DNA from: Callorhinchus milii
Lineage: Eukaryota
Length of the DNA stretch: 64,000 bases
Assembly: GCF_018977255.1 (NCBI RefSeq)
Contig: NW_024704743.1
Location: 15,688,001-15,752,000, forward strand
Reading direction: 5' to 3'
Made by a program: the position numbers and the translations under genes
Notes under the pieces: generated by a model
The model's input: only the letters and a program-made list of their open reading frames with translations
What the model was told of the DNA's origin: nothing
Databases searched by the model: none
Shown: one piece after another, positions 22,771 to 34,944 of the stretch
Layout: each line of letters begins with the position of its first letter
Numbering within the stretch: the first letter of the stretch is position 1

Positions 22771-23624
22771 TGCCCGATAATTGTGAAACTACACTGAGCA
22801 CAAGGTGGCACTATCGAGATCCCAGAGGGGCTGTGCTTTTCTGCTCCATCCGAAAGAGGGCAGAGTCGCACCACGTATTGGCTCCAGCTTCTCAGTCAGT
22901 GTAGATCAAGGTCATGACATCCAAAAGAATAAATAAAAAACAGGAGTGGATAAGTTACGCTTTTGGCCAAATATTGCACGCCAGCTTTGGGAAACACTTG
23001 GCAATTGTCAATGATCCTGCAGGGCAGTCTTTGTGAGGAATAACGTGAAACAGACAATCCCTTATACGTTTGTTAGCTTATTATCGTGAATCTCGTAAAT
23101 ATCTCCACGAGGAGACAGACAGACAGACAGACCGACAAGAGTGAAGGTTGCACACTCGTTTTTACTTCCCATCTCTCAACTCGTGGGGGACAAGTCTAAG
23201 TGCAACAGACAGATTCTTTGCAACGTGTTGAGGAAGCACCAGGTCCCTGCTTAAAGATCTACTTGTCAATTGCTTTCACACACACACACACAGACACACA
23301 CACACATAAACAATCGTGTAGACATGGTTCTTCTGACAGTAAAAACAAATGACAGTGAAACCAAGCTGGTAGCGATGGCCTGGCCAGCCCTTATAATGAC
23401 ATAAGAGCCACTTGCAGATTCGGCTGAAGCTGCTGATCTCACTCACTCACTCACTCACTCACTACTCAATCAGTAATACAGTAGTGGTTACTTCACACCT
23501 CAATTGCCCCCCATTGGCCCCTCATAGCGTTGGCATCTCTGTAATTACCAGAATTGCTTTTCTTGACATTTTCAGCACTTAAATGCTGGGGAACTGACAT
23601 TAACCTTTTAGTCCCTCTCTCCTA

Positions 23625-23669
<45 letters not shown>

Positions 23670-25007
23670 TGATGAACGATTTTGTTTCTTTCCTCCCAAC
23701 ACTGATATCAAGACAGCCTCTTGTTTATTACCTACGATAATCTTCACGATAAACACTGATTTCTGTATATTTATGGGGAGGAGGGGATCACAGGCACAGG
23801 TGAGATTTGGGAAGTTTCTGTGGGTTTCCACCTGTCCCAATTCTGGGACCTAAACATAAATCACAATTCAAGACACGTACAGATTACGGAATTAGCATTC
23901 CGATCATTCAAATCGTGCCTTTTAAACTCGAATTAAACGACTAACCCGACGTACCGCCTCCCGATTGACTATTCTGAGATTTGTTTCTCTCTCTCTCTCT
24001 CTCACTCTCTCTCTCTCTGTGCAAAATGGGACCTAAATGTTAATGAAACGCGCGGATGAATGCGGCTAAATCAGCAAAAGCAAAGAGCTAATCTGTACAA
24101 ATATGTCCTTTTTGTTTGCCCTTCAAACTCGCGCAATTACGTAAAATCCTGACTGTAACCTCGCTTTTCGAGCTGACCGAATAGTGCACTGCATCGCGTT
24201 GTGTGTGTGTGTGTGTGTGTTTTTTTTTAGAAACGAGAGGAGAGATTGGGTCGAGAATGTGTTTGAGCTCAAACAGCTTCAGGTGTCTGTGACCGTCCAG
24301 ACAGGTCGATAGCACGAGATGTGAGGACTGTCACGTACAGTACAGTGTGTGTAGAAGAGAGGCTCAGGGCTCAATGTCCCTTTAGTCAGTGAATTCAGCC
24401 AAAGGATTTGCTCCGAAGGAAATCTGTCCCAAATTGAACCTGTGATTCTGCCAAAAGTCAGGCAGACTGAGTTCCGGGAATTTCAGAGCACACACTTGTC
24501 TCGGAGGGCTGTGGGCTTTCTCTCTGGCGTTTTTCTCGCGTTCACATGGCCAGGGGGAGGCACTGGGACCTCTTAAATCACCAGTACCATGGCACCAGTT
24601 GGCAGCCACCAAGCCTCTGAGCTGCCCAGATCCATCACACTCTCCCTTACTCCTCTCGATCTCTCCTTTGTGCTTTTATAATCTGTAAAAAAAAAAAAAA
24701 AAAAGTTTTTTTTTCAAAAGTTGCACCAGGAACTTTTCATAACATCACTAGGAGAAACTGGAGGTATTTGCGAATGATTGGCAACGGTGCCAATCGCTGT
24801 CCTTTAAATCTACAGTATATGTTATTCACTTCTAACTCATTGCAATTTGCAAATTAGGCTCTAGCATTAGATTTCAAAATACATAATCACTGCATTGTAC
24901 AGTAAATCCTGTTTAGCGCTTTGAAAGACCCTCCAACTTGAAAGATGCTCTATGAACTGCAAGGATTATCATTATTTATTATTCATTTCACCCCTTTTGA
25001 TAATAAT

Positions 25008-25295
25008 ATTGATAATAATCCTTGCATTTGGTGTAATGCCTTTCAAAGCACTTCACGGGATTCACTGTAAAGTGGGTTGACTGTATTTTGTGGGCGAATG
25101 CAGCAGCCTATTTGCACACAGCAATGTCGCGCAAATTGTCATGAAGTCAATGAACAATTTTATTTTGGTGGATTGTCAACCAGGATACCGGAAAGGAGAA
25201 ACTCTGTTCTATTTTCCAATAGTGCTATGGGATCTTTAACGTCCATCTTGAACAGTCATAGATGGGACCTCAGTTTAGCGCCTCATCCGAAGAAT
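25008..25295 (-). mobile_element. Deu-domain SINE family B
   Basis: Tail plus AATAGTGCTATGGGATCTTTAACGTCCA and CCTCAGTTTAGCGCCTCATCCG. Confidence 0.8.
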
Positions 25296-26587
25296 AATGT
25301 AATGTTATTTTGAACACTGGTTTATTTTAAAATCACTGTGCCCCTCGAAGCGATGTTATGATGTAAGTAAGAGAGCAAACCAGCCATTGCACTATTCAAT
25401 TTGTTTCAGCAGCAACTTGAGTATATTTTAAAGAAAATACTATGACATTTGTGTGAAAGATATCCTGTCATCATGAATAACCTTCTGGAGTGACTGAGAA
25501 CTTTGGCTCGGTGTGAAGTACAGCAACGCTTCAACCCAATTCTCTCACCTTTGCCGAAGATTTGGCTAAACCACTGGTGTTGGTTGCATTTATGAGTTAC
25601 ATGTTTTTCACTTCAGAAGGATTAACTGCAATGAAGTCTCGTTGCTGCAATATGCCATATTTAAGGAAGCCACATGTTCTGCTGTGGGATGTGGAAACTA
25701 TTCCATCAGTGACTTAGCCTCATAACCCACAAGCAATAAAGTTCTAAGTAGGATATACTGGTCAGGTCACGATGTGGAGATTTTCCACATCAAATGGATA
25801 AACATGTGGTATTCTACTTATGTTAGGAAACTCCTGGCCGATACCCACATTTTTACCATTTATTTCAAATATCATTTGAAAAACATGATGTGATTGTTTG
25901 TTTGTGTAAAGATGGATTGTTGCCTGAGAGAGTAGAAATGTGATGAGACATGAACTGTTGGAACAGTACCTTATTCCATATAACCCAATGGGCCTCTGTG
26001 TTTAATGGACAGAAGTAATGGTTAATGAGGTCATTTAGATTAGCATGCATGTATAAAACCACATGCTGAATACATGAAACTAAAGAGATATATATGCATT
26101 GACATTTGCATGAGTTCAGGATCTCCACTGACATATGCAGATAATCCACAGTGTGCAAAGAAATGTGCACTCAAATACCATTGCCCCTACTCACAAGCTC
26201 AAAGACTGCAGAAAGATGTATGCATTGAAACAAATTCAAAGCACACATTGTCAACATGCACAAAGATTCTCTGTTTATCTTCCATCCCACAGGGCACTCT
26301 CTGCCCCTCCCCACTTTCAAAACCGGCCTTCAATACTTACCTGTACTTTTAGTCATCTTTTTGCCATCACAATCAGGTGACTAGCAAGCAGTGTCATGCA
26401 CGTTTGAAACATCCTCCCAAAATGAAATGTACTATATAAGGTAAATTGCATTGTATACAATCAAGCAGAGAAGATTGTTCTTTTCATGTAACAATACTTA
26501 TTACTATAGTATGGGAAGAATATGTACAGAGGCAAATATATAAATGAATGTACATCAATGCTAGGGGTCTAGACAGTACAGTGTAGT

Positions 26588-26860
26588 GGCCTTCCACTTC
26601 TGGAATCTAATTTTGAATCCAGCTCAAAGAGATGGGATGAAAGTCTCATTTGTATGTTGCCGGTAATTTGTTGTGATTAGTCTCAATATAGTTTAGTAGG
26701 CAGTGGCCCACAGCACAAAATTGCTTCTAACTGGACACTAATTGATAGAATTGGCAATCTCCCTCAGAGAGCCTTCAGATGGCCTATGTGGGAAATGAAA
26801 CATGTCACACTGGTGCAATGGGGTGTTCTTCTGATGTTGAGACTAAGGAATATTCTTGCC
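26588..26860 (+). mobile_element. LF-SINE-like relic
   Basis: Ordered blocks CCTTCCACTTCTGG, GAATCCAGCTCA, GAAAGTC, GTCTCAATATAGTT, CCACAGCACAAAA, CACTAATTG, TTGGCAATCTC and CAGAGAGCC match the recalled LF-SINE consensus in order. Confidence 0.55.
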
Positions 26861-27580
26861 TCAAATTAGAGGAAGCTAAAACAAAACTTTTATCCTTACT
26901 CAAAATGATAAAAACCCTATATATATATATTTATCAAAATGTTCATGTATTCAAACCATATAGAGATGCATAAACAATTTGTGGTGTCAATTGAAATACA
27001 CTGGAAAAATGAGAGAGAAATGGGAAAACTTTTAGATTTGCTTAAATCATAGAAACAAGTACCTGTAAAATCTCCACATATACACTTAATATGCCCTCGG
27101 GTTTCTAAATAGTTACACACATATATATTATATATACATAATATTTTCATATATTAATATGAGTGAATATACATTATGTACAATATGTGTTTATGTATAC
27201 CAAAGTGGTGTATATATATATATATTGTATACATACCTAAAGGCCTACAAAGAAAGGTACAAATTTCAAAACAGAAGTAAACCTCACAAAGAACCATCTT
27301 GCTTTGACAGATAAATACCTAAAACTAAATATAAGAAAACTCTAGAGAAGGAGGGGCAAACTCAAACCTACAAAGATGTGCACACACACTAATGCACTCA
27401 TCCTTTAAATACCATATACCCAGGATAGGATAGTGACACAATACAGACAGATTCAATTGTAAAAAGGTACGTTGCTGATCAGAGCTCATGTGTGGTATGA
27501 ATGTGACGTCCAGTGTTTCTCCAAAGGGAGTCGAGGAAAATGTCATCCGCAGTCACCTCAGGTGTGTCTTACTCACCATT

Positions 27581-27656
27581 GTGGCTAGTTATAGAGTGCC
27601 ATTGGCAAAAGTGCCACAGCTGCCACTTTTGCCAATGGCACTCTGTAACTAACCAC
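27581..27656. repeat. Inverted repeat / hairpin with 33-bp arms and a 10-nt loop
   Basis: GTGGCTAGTTATAGAGTGCCATTGGCAAAAGTG (27581-27613) vs CACTTTTGCCAATGGCACTCTGTAACTAACCAC (27624-27656); 31 of 33 Watson-Crick pairs. Confidence 0.95.
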
Positions 27657-27819
27657 TACCCAACCTGTCCTTAAAGCTGGAGAAAGGGCTATTGTTCCTC
27701 CTAAGCAATCTCGCACCACTATCACCCTTCCATACATAAACATACATACACACACATATACATGCACTTGCAAGCAGTGTAGATACCCACTCTTCTATAA
27801 ACATATGTATAACCAGCAG

Positions 27820-28156
27820 ATGATAGCATAGTGATAAGTTACCGGACTTGTAACCAAAGTGTTATGGGTTTTGAATCCCACTGCAGCAAATTTAAGCAAA
27901 TTTAAAAACATTTGGTAATTTGAGTTTGTTGTTGGAAAGCTCTCCAACAGCAGCTTGTTGTAAAATCTTAATACTTTCACTGATGCTGTTAGGGGCAGGA
28001 AATCTTGCACCTTGCCAGGTCTGGCCTGCATGTGCCTCCAGTCCCTCTGGGTAGTTGTCTCTTAACTGCTTGGCAAGCCATTCAGTCAGGAGAGCAGGGA
28101 TGGGCATAAATTTTGGGTGGGTCTGCCACATCACCTACACCTGAGATGAATAAAAA
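27820..28156 (+). mobile_element. Old tRNA-derived SINE of a third family, apparently full length
   Basis: A box TAGCATAGTGATAA, B box-like TTTGAATCCCA, body GGAAATCTTGCACCTT..GGTCTGGCCT..CTCTTAACTGC, ending ATGAATAAAAA. Confidence 0.6.
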
Positions 28157-30021
28157 CAACTAAGCATTAAATACATCAAATCAAAACACTTCCAACTCCC
28201 TCGTTAGACAAATGCACAATTTCTGGCAGGACATATACAACATCTAGTGTGAAAATCCTGCAGAGATGTTCAAACACATCAAACAATGCCCAAACCATTT
28301 AGAGTCAATTACCACTCCCAAGCCTCACAGACTCCAACTTATTTGTAAATACAGCGTACTCAAAGCCTACAACGACACGTGCCTGAACTCAGCGGTTTCA
28401 GAGAGATGCACACATTGAAAATATTCCCAAACCGTGAAAAAATATACCCAAACCATTTGATATCGCGCCTTATCGTGTCAATGAGACGTCTCAAAGCACT
28501 TCACAGACTATACTATGAAGTCAACTGAAAAGATAGAAACATTCACCTTCAGTGGCACACAAAAACAAACAAAACAGACTGCAGTCAAAGATCAAAACAT
28601 ACACCCAACATTCCAACACTCCCAACCCAAAGTGGTATGTGGAAACATTTGAACCCACTCAAGCTCTCAGTGTTCACATATACATACACACTTGAAGCAC
28701 CACACACCCATACAAACACGTTCAAAAGACAAGCCACATCAGTTGGCACGCTCTCAGCACTCAGCATTGAGAAATATCCACGAATCCAGACAATAATGAG
28801 TCCACAGCAAAGTAGTAGTCACCAAACAAAGCCCACTCGGAGCAGCGCGCAGCTCAAACACACTCAGAAAGCCAACTCCCCTCCAACGCCGGCCAACATA
28901 CACTCAGTCAACAGCCGTTAACCAGCGCACTCCATCCCTCGCTCACACTCAGACCAGCTCTCCAAATGCAAACCTTGTTAGCGAGGCACCAGCACTGCAC
29001 AAGGCATGTTTGCAAACAGTGACAGAGCGCAGCACAGATGAGCACAAAGCCCATTCGCAGTGACACACGTTGACACCCGCCAACTTTTTACAGACAAACG
29101 TGTATTAATGGAAGGATATGGAAAGGCAAATCGGCATTCACAGAGCAACGCTATCATTGGGATAACAGGTCTGCTTTGAGCAGTGGTGCTAATGCACTCC
29201 CACATGTGGGGCTATATTTTGATGTGTCCAGAAATTGGCTAATAGAATAGCCTGATATTGTTTCGAAATATTCAGCATAGCTAACATGAGCTGATCCATA
29301 AAGTATTGGGTTAAAAGCTTCATTTTCCTCCACAAAAATAGCCAGAGGCAGTGTAAAAGCTACCGAGAGTATACAAGTGTTTCAACTGTACTCAGTAAAA
29401 TGACAAGCCTTTTTACTTTAGTCAACCAGGCGGAACATAAGTGAACGGGTTATGACAATAGGGCCATTAAAATTACTGAGATATTTGTCTGACAAGGGCT
29501 GTGAGTTAGAAGCGTCTTCATTGCTTCTGGTCTCAGTCATACCGAAGTCGTCAGAGACCACAGAGACATATGGAGAGAGTGACGGTGTATCCAATAGCTT
29601 TGAGCCTGAATAAATCACTGCAGCTCAGATCATTCGGTTGACTCATGGCCCTTTCACGACGATTTAATAACACGGCTTTAGAGTTGAGGTGTAATACGTT
29701 AGGGGAAGCCTGTCAAAACCTGCTCCACAGAGCGTGGCCTGAAAACTTCCACAAGACATGTTTTGTGATGCGGCATCCTCTGGGTGATGGGCAATTTGGT
29801 TTTGCATTTAAATTATTTGATATGGAGCTGAGCACAGAAACGGTAGTGTTTACTGGGCGCTTCGCGTGATGCAGCAGCAATTTCTATTGCAGGTGAATAA
29901 AAACACGCGAGCAATTAAAACAGAGAGATCTGAACTTTTAAAGGAGCTCATCGGGAGTCAATTGGTACAGCCCTTGTACCTGCGAAGTTTTTTTTTCGCA
30001 GCTTCTGGTTACACGAGGGTG

Positions 30022-30072
30022 TAAGGATTGCTGGACGAAAGAAGACCAAAGTCCATCCAGTTCGCCTTCCGA
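30022..30072 (-). mobile_element. CR1-type 3' tail remnant
   Basis: Reverse complement GGAAGGCGAACTGGATGGACTTTGGTCTTCTTTCGTCCAGCAATCC resembles a CR1 3' UTR stem-loop. Confidence 0.5.
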
Positions 30073-30289
30073 GACATCCCGAGAGTCGCAAATTGTTTCG
30101 TGCACCGAAACCAGTGTTTGTGGACGACAGAATGCAAATAACTCACACGAGAGAATTCCTGAAATTGGGAAATATGATGAGTGGTTACCTTGAGACGGTG
30201 TCAGTTTGTATCAGTGGTTGGCATGATTTAACCCATTCAATCCTGCCCGGGAGTTCTAGTACAGTGCTAGGATCGAGTTAAATATTACT

Positions 30290-30355
30290 GCCCCCCCCCC
30301 CACCCCCCCCCCCCCCCCAACTCCCCCCCCCCCCCCCCCCACACCACCACCACAC

Positions 30356-30428
<73 letters not shown>

Positions 30429-30838
30429 ACCACACTCCCCCCCCCCACCACCACCACACTCCCCCCCCCCCCACCACCACACTCCCCCCCCCCACCACCA
30501 CACTCCCCCCCCCCCCACCACACTCCCCCCCCCACCACCACCACACTCCCCCCCCCCCCACCACACTCCCCCCCCACCACCACACTCCCCCCCCCCCACC
30601 ACACTCCCCCCCCCCCCCCCCCCCCCCCCCCACCACACTCCCCCCCCCCACCACACTCCCCCCCCCCACCACACACCCCCCCCCCCACCACCACACTCCC
30701 CCCCCCACCACCACCACACTCCCCCCCCCCCACCCCCCCCCCCCCCCCCCCCCCCCACCACCACACTCCCCCCCCCACCACACCCCCCCCCCCACCACCC
30801 CCCCCCCCCCCCCACCCCACTCCCCCCCCCCCCCCCCC

Positions 30839-30886
<48 letters not shown>

Positions 30887-30975
30887 ACCCCCCCCCCCCC
30901 CACCACCACACTCCCCCCCCCCCCCACCACACTCCCCCCACCCCCCCCCCCCCCACCACCACACTCCCATCCCAC
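30290..30975. repeat. Poly-C / (C)nACCACACT minisatellite
   Basis: Long C runs separated by ACCACACT or ACCACCACACT spacers; source of the Gly-rich minus-strand ORFs. Confidence 0.95.
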
Positions 30976-31259
30976 CCCAGCACAGCAAGTTCAGATGGCG
31001 ACCCTGTGTGAATGCTACTTAACACCGTTGTTGGAGTGTTTCGGGACCACACGCTCCTCTCATGTCTCGTTATTCTGACACAGATGTGCCCGTCTGTCCC
31101 GATCTGAGAGACGGAAGAATGAAACTCCGAACTCCATACCGTAAAATGCCAATCTCCCAAACTCAACCCCCGACAAACAGCCCCGAGCACTCGGCAGATC
31201 CGAACTGCAAGTGCTCCACTTGACATATCACGCACCGCTGGACTTATTCCGGGGCGAGA

Positions 31260-31316
31260 ATGTATGTGACTGGTGTATGTGACTGGTGTATGTGACTGGT
31301 GTATGTGTGTGTGTAT

Positions 31317-31354
<38 letters not shown>

Positions 31355-31368
31355 TGGTGTGTGTGGTG
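31260..31368. repeat. TGTATGTGACTGG x3 followed by a (TG)n microsatellite
   Basis: Direct reading. Confidence 0.9.
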
Positions 31369-31604
31369 CTTTGTTATTTTGGGGTTTTAACTTGACTTGT
31401 GTGCGATCAGAAACCTGTGCTTTATGGAGGTGGTGGTGTTGAGGGGGGAGGTGTGTGTGTGTGTGGGGGGGGGGGGGTGCAGGGGTGGAAGTGGGGCACC
31501 TCTATAAATAACTTACTTTAATTATTCCCCACGTTAACTGTTTAAAAGCGTGTGATCGTATAAAGCAAGTGCCTGGGGCTGAGTGAAGGCATCTGATCTC
31601 ACTA

Positions 31605-32212
31605 TGTCAGTGTGTGTGTGTGTGTGTGTCTGTGTTTATGTGTGTGTCTGTGTGTATCTGTGTGTGTGTGTATCTGTGTGTGTGTGTGTGTGTGTGTATG
31701 TCTGTGTGTGTCTGTCTGTCTGTGTCTGTGTGTGTGTCTTTGTCTGTCTGTCTGTGTCTGTATGTGTGTGTGTCTCTCTGTGTGTGTGTCTCTGTCTGTG
31801 TGTGTGTGTTTCTGTGTGTGTGTGTGTGTGTGTGTCTGTGTGTGTGTGTCTGTGTGTGTGTGAGTGTGTGTGTCTCTCTGTGTGTGTGTGTGTCTCTGTG
31901 TGTGAGTGTGTGTGTCTGTGTGTGTGTGTGTGTGTGTCTCTGTGTGTGTGAGTGTGTGTGTCTGTGTGTGTGTCTCTGTGTGTGTGTCTCTGTGTGTGTG
32001 TGTGTGTCTCTGTGTGTGTGTCTCTGTGTGTGTGTGTGTGTGAGTGTGTGTGTCTCTGTGTGTGTGTCTCTGTGTGTGCGAGTGTGTGTGTCTCTGTGTG
32101 TGTGTGTGTGTGTCTCTGTGTGTGTGAGTGTGTGTGTCTCTGTGTGTGTCTGTGTGTGCGTGTGTGTGTGTGTGTGTCTCTGTGTGTGTCTGTGTGTGTG
32201 TGTGTGTGTGTG
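31605..32212. repeat. Compound (TG)n/(TGTC)n microsatellite
   Basis: About 600 bp of TG dinucleotides with TC interruptions. Confidence 0.95.
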
Positions 32213-33000
32213 GCGGTGGGGAATGGGGTGATGGACCCCCGGCGAGCAATGAGCTCAGGCTGTCGGCAAGAGAGGTGTTAAACAGTGCGATGGGTCGGAT
32301 CCTTATCCCAGCCCTGTCCCGGGTTAGGGTTAACCCTCCCCAACGGGTTAACAGAGCTGCCGAGCCGCGGAGGTGCGCATGCGCCGATCTCCCACCGCTG
32401 GTCGGCTTTCCTCACACAACAACTTCTGAACTGTTCCGAAATCCGATATAAAGAACATCCCGAGAAATACCCCGAGTCCCGACTGTAGATCCACCCCCAC
32501 CCCCACCCCCACACCCCCCATACACCCCCCCCATACACACACACACCCCCCCCCCCCCCCCACACACACACCCCCCTTCATCTGTACTGTCATCCTTTCC
32601 GGTCTGACACTTTCTGAGCGTCAACTCAAAACTTCCTGAGAAGTTCTGCCTTCCCCCCAAAAAGCTCTTGAGCAAAAGGCAGAAGAAAAATCGCCGCGTG
32701 AGAGACTCGAGCAGTTCACGGGAGGAGAGTGAAGACAGAGGATCGCTTCGGATCGCCGAGACATTCAGACGTCAGCGGCACGAAAAACCTTCAGCTCCTC
32801 TGCTGCTGAGTCTGTGTCTGTGTCTGTGTCTGTGCTGTGTCTGTCTGTCTCTGTGTGTGTGTCTGTGTGTGTGTTTTCTTTAAAACAAAACTTTGTGAAG
32901 CAGTGAAGTTCAGAGTCAGACACAGAAAGACAGCCCCGGTGTGAGGACAGCAGCTCTCAGCGCGATCTGCTGGCACTTTGGAGCCACCTCATTAACCAAA
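32213..33000 (+). promoter_or_regulatory. Putative INHBA promoter / CpG-rich region
   Basis: Unique CpG-rich sequence upstream of the CDS; NRF1-type TGCGCATGCGC at 32374-32384; CRE-like AGACGTCA near 32767-32774; TSS not determinable from sequence. Confidence 0.5.
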
Positions 33001-33101
33001 GCAGACACCGCTCAGCCACACACAGCCACTTGGCATCCAAGAGGCTCCGACACACCGACCCGCCAGATATCCATCTATTTATTAATCTCTCTCCCACTCA
33101 G

Positions 33102-33160
<59 letters not shown>

Positions 33161-33357
33161 CCTCTCTCCTTGGATACCACAAAGACATCCCCGCAACTCA
33201 AAAGAAGCGACACAGCACAGCAATAGAGAAAGCCGAGTACACATTAGTGAACGCTGCAGTTTTTTTTAAAAAAACAAAACGTTTACAACTTTTTTTTGGT
33301 GAGAGTGTTTCCTCTCTCTCGCTCTCTCTGTCTGTCTGTCTCTGCCTCTCTGCCTCC

Positions 33358-33393
<36 letters not shown>

Positions 33394-33429
33394 GTCTCTC
33401 TCTGTGTGTCTGCCTCTGTCTGTCTGTCT

Positions 33430-33445
33430 GTCTGTCTGTCTGCAG
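33430..33445 (+). other. Candidate splice acceptor in the 5' UTR
   Basis: Long CT-rich tract ending CTGCAG 29 nt before the ATG; nearest candidate donor G|GTGAGA at 33299. Confidence 0.45.
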
Positions 33446-33474
33446 GGCTGGCGCACCAAACAGCTGCGAGGAAG

Positions 33475-33859
33475 ATGTCAGTGTGTTTAGTGAGTGGATT
33501 ACTTCTCCTCTTCGCTGGGGTCTGTGTGCGCGGCTCTCCCACCTTACCTGCTGCCCAAGAGGGGCTGGTGTCGGACTGCCCGTCTTGCTCCCTGCCCAGG
33601 CTGCAGGAGACCGCCCCCAGCGCCGAGAGTCAGCTGGTGGAAGCCGTCAAGGAGCACATCTTGAACATGCTGCACTTGAAGGAGAGACCCAACATCACCC
33701 ACCCGGTGCCCAGAGCCGCTCTGCTGAACGCCCTGAAGAACCTGCACGTCGGCAAAGTGCGAGACGACGGCAACGTGGAGATCGAGGAGGAAGCGTCCAG
33801 CGGACAAGCGCTCCGCGAGCCCGAGCAAACCTCGGAAATCATCAGCTTCGCAGAAGCAG
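33475..33859 (+). CDS. INHBA: Inhibin/activin beta A chain, coding exon 1 (signal peptide and prodomain N-terminal half)
   Basis: ATG in AAGATG context; MSVCLVSGLLLLFAGVCVRG|SPT signal peptide; DCPSC, EAVKEHILNMLHLKERPNITHPVP and EQTSEIISFAE motifs; phase-1 donor G|GTCAGT. Confidence 0.96.
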
Positions 33860-33867
33860 GTCAGTGC

Positions 33868-34303
33868 GATCCGTTAATGATAGCGTGTTATTATTGTGGC
33901 TCTAAAATATTACCCCCCCCCTCCCCCCCCCCCATCCCCCCAATCCCCCCCATCCCCCCCCCACCACCACCACCACCCACCACCCGCTCTTCTCCAGCAG
34001 TGCTCGCTGTTACCTCACTGTTCAGCCCCGACGATTCTTTTTGCTTTTAATTGATCCGTTAATAATCGCGTGTTATTATTGTGGGTCTAAATTCCTCCCC
34101 ACACACACCCCCCCCCCCCCCCACCCCCTCCGCTGCTGTCCAGCGGTGCTCGCTGTTACCTAACTGCTCAGCCCCCGAGGATTCTCACTGAGCGTTTCTT
34201 TTTTTAATGGATCAATTAATAATAGCGTGGGCTGAAACCACACTGATATACAGCGCTCGCTGTCAGCTCACTGCACAACCCTAAGGCTTGTCATTGAGCA
34301 GCG
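33868..34303 (+). repeat. Three diverged tandem copies of a ~100-185 bp unit at the start of the intron
   Basis: Units start GATCCGTTAAT (33868, 34053) and GATCAATTAAT (34210); each contains GYGCTCGCTGT. Confidence 0.85.
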
Positions 34304-34816
34304 CCCCCCCCCCCCCACACACACACACACCCCTTCCCCACTCACACACACACACACACAAAGAAACTATTACGTTCAGAGTCATTTCTGTGTCTGCCAA
34401 GTAATGCCCTTCAGACCCCATACCGCCTCCTCCCATCTTTCAGCTCTGCTGTTCACTTCTTAAACCAACAACAACAACAACAACACAACAACTGTTTCAC
34501 TGAGCGGATAAAAACAACGGAAATGAGAGTTTGAAAGCGGTCTCAGGCGCTGTGGATGCGCTCAGATCACAACACACACACACACACACACACACACACC
34601 CACAAATACACACACACACACACAAAAAAGGAGCAGCACTTTTGTAAAGAAAAACTTTGAAAATGGAAACCCATCGCAAATGTAAACATCCCGCTGGTAG
34701 TAAGAGGCAACTCTCACGAGGGGAGGTGTTGGCTGCTGTTTGCGACCTGTCAATGCGCTGCACATTTACATCGCTGTGTCTTGCAAATGTCCCTTGTTGA
34801 TCGTAAGCCAAATGAT

Positions 34817-34848
<32 letters not shown>

Positions 34849-34944
34849 GGTGTGTGTGTGTTGGGGAGGGGGGTGGGTGGGTGGGGGGGGTGCGCAATGT
34901 GTAAGTAACACACAATGTGTGTGGGGGGTCCATGTAATGCAAGT

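Noticed and set aside
25771..25791. 8-bp hairpin GATGTGGA-gattt-TCCACATC
   Set aside because: Short enough to occur by chance in 64 kb.
30256..31235. Gly-rich ORFs in all three minus frames
   Set aside because: Poly-G tracts cannot contain stop codons; artefact.
31501..31512. TATA/MEF2-like CTATAAATAA as the INHBA core promoter
   Set aside because: About 2 kb from the ATG and between microsatellites; cannot be supported without TSS data.
31583..32281. Cys/Val- and His/Thr-rich ORFs
   Set aside because: Translations of the (TG)n microsatellite.
32941..34050. 369-aa ORF as a single-exon protein
   Set aside because: Only 33475-33859 is INHBA-like. The N-terminal part translates CT microsatellites from a GTG start, and the C-terminal part is intron read-through.
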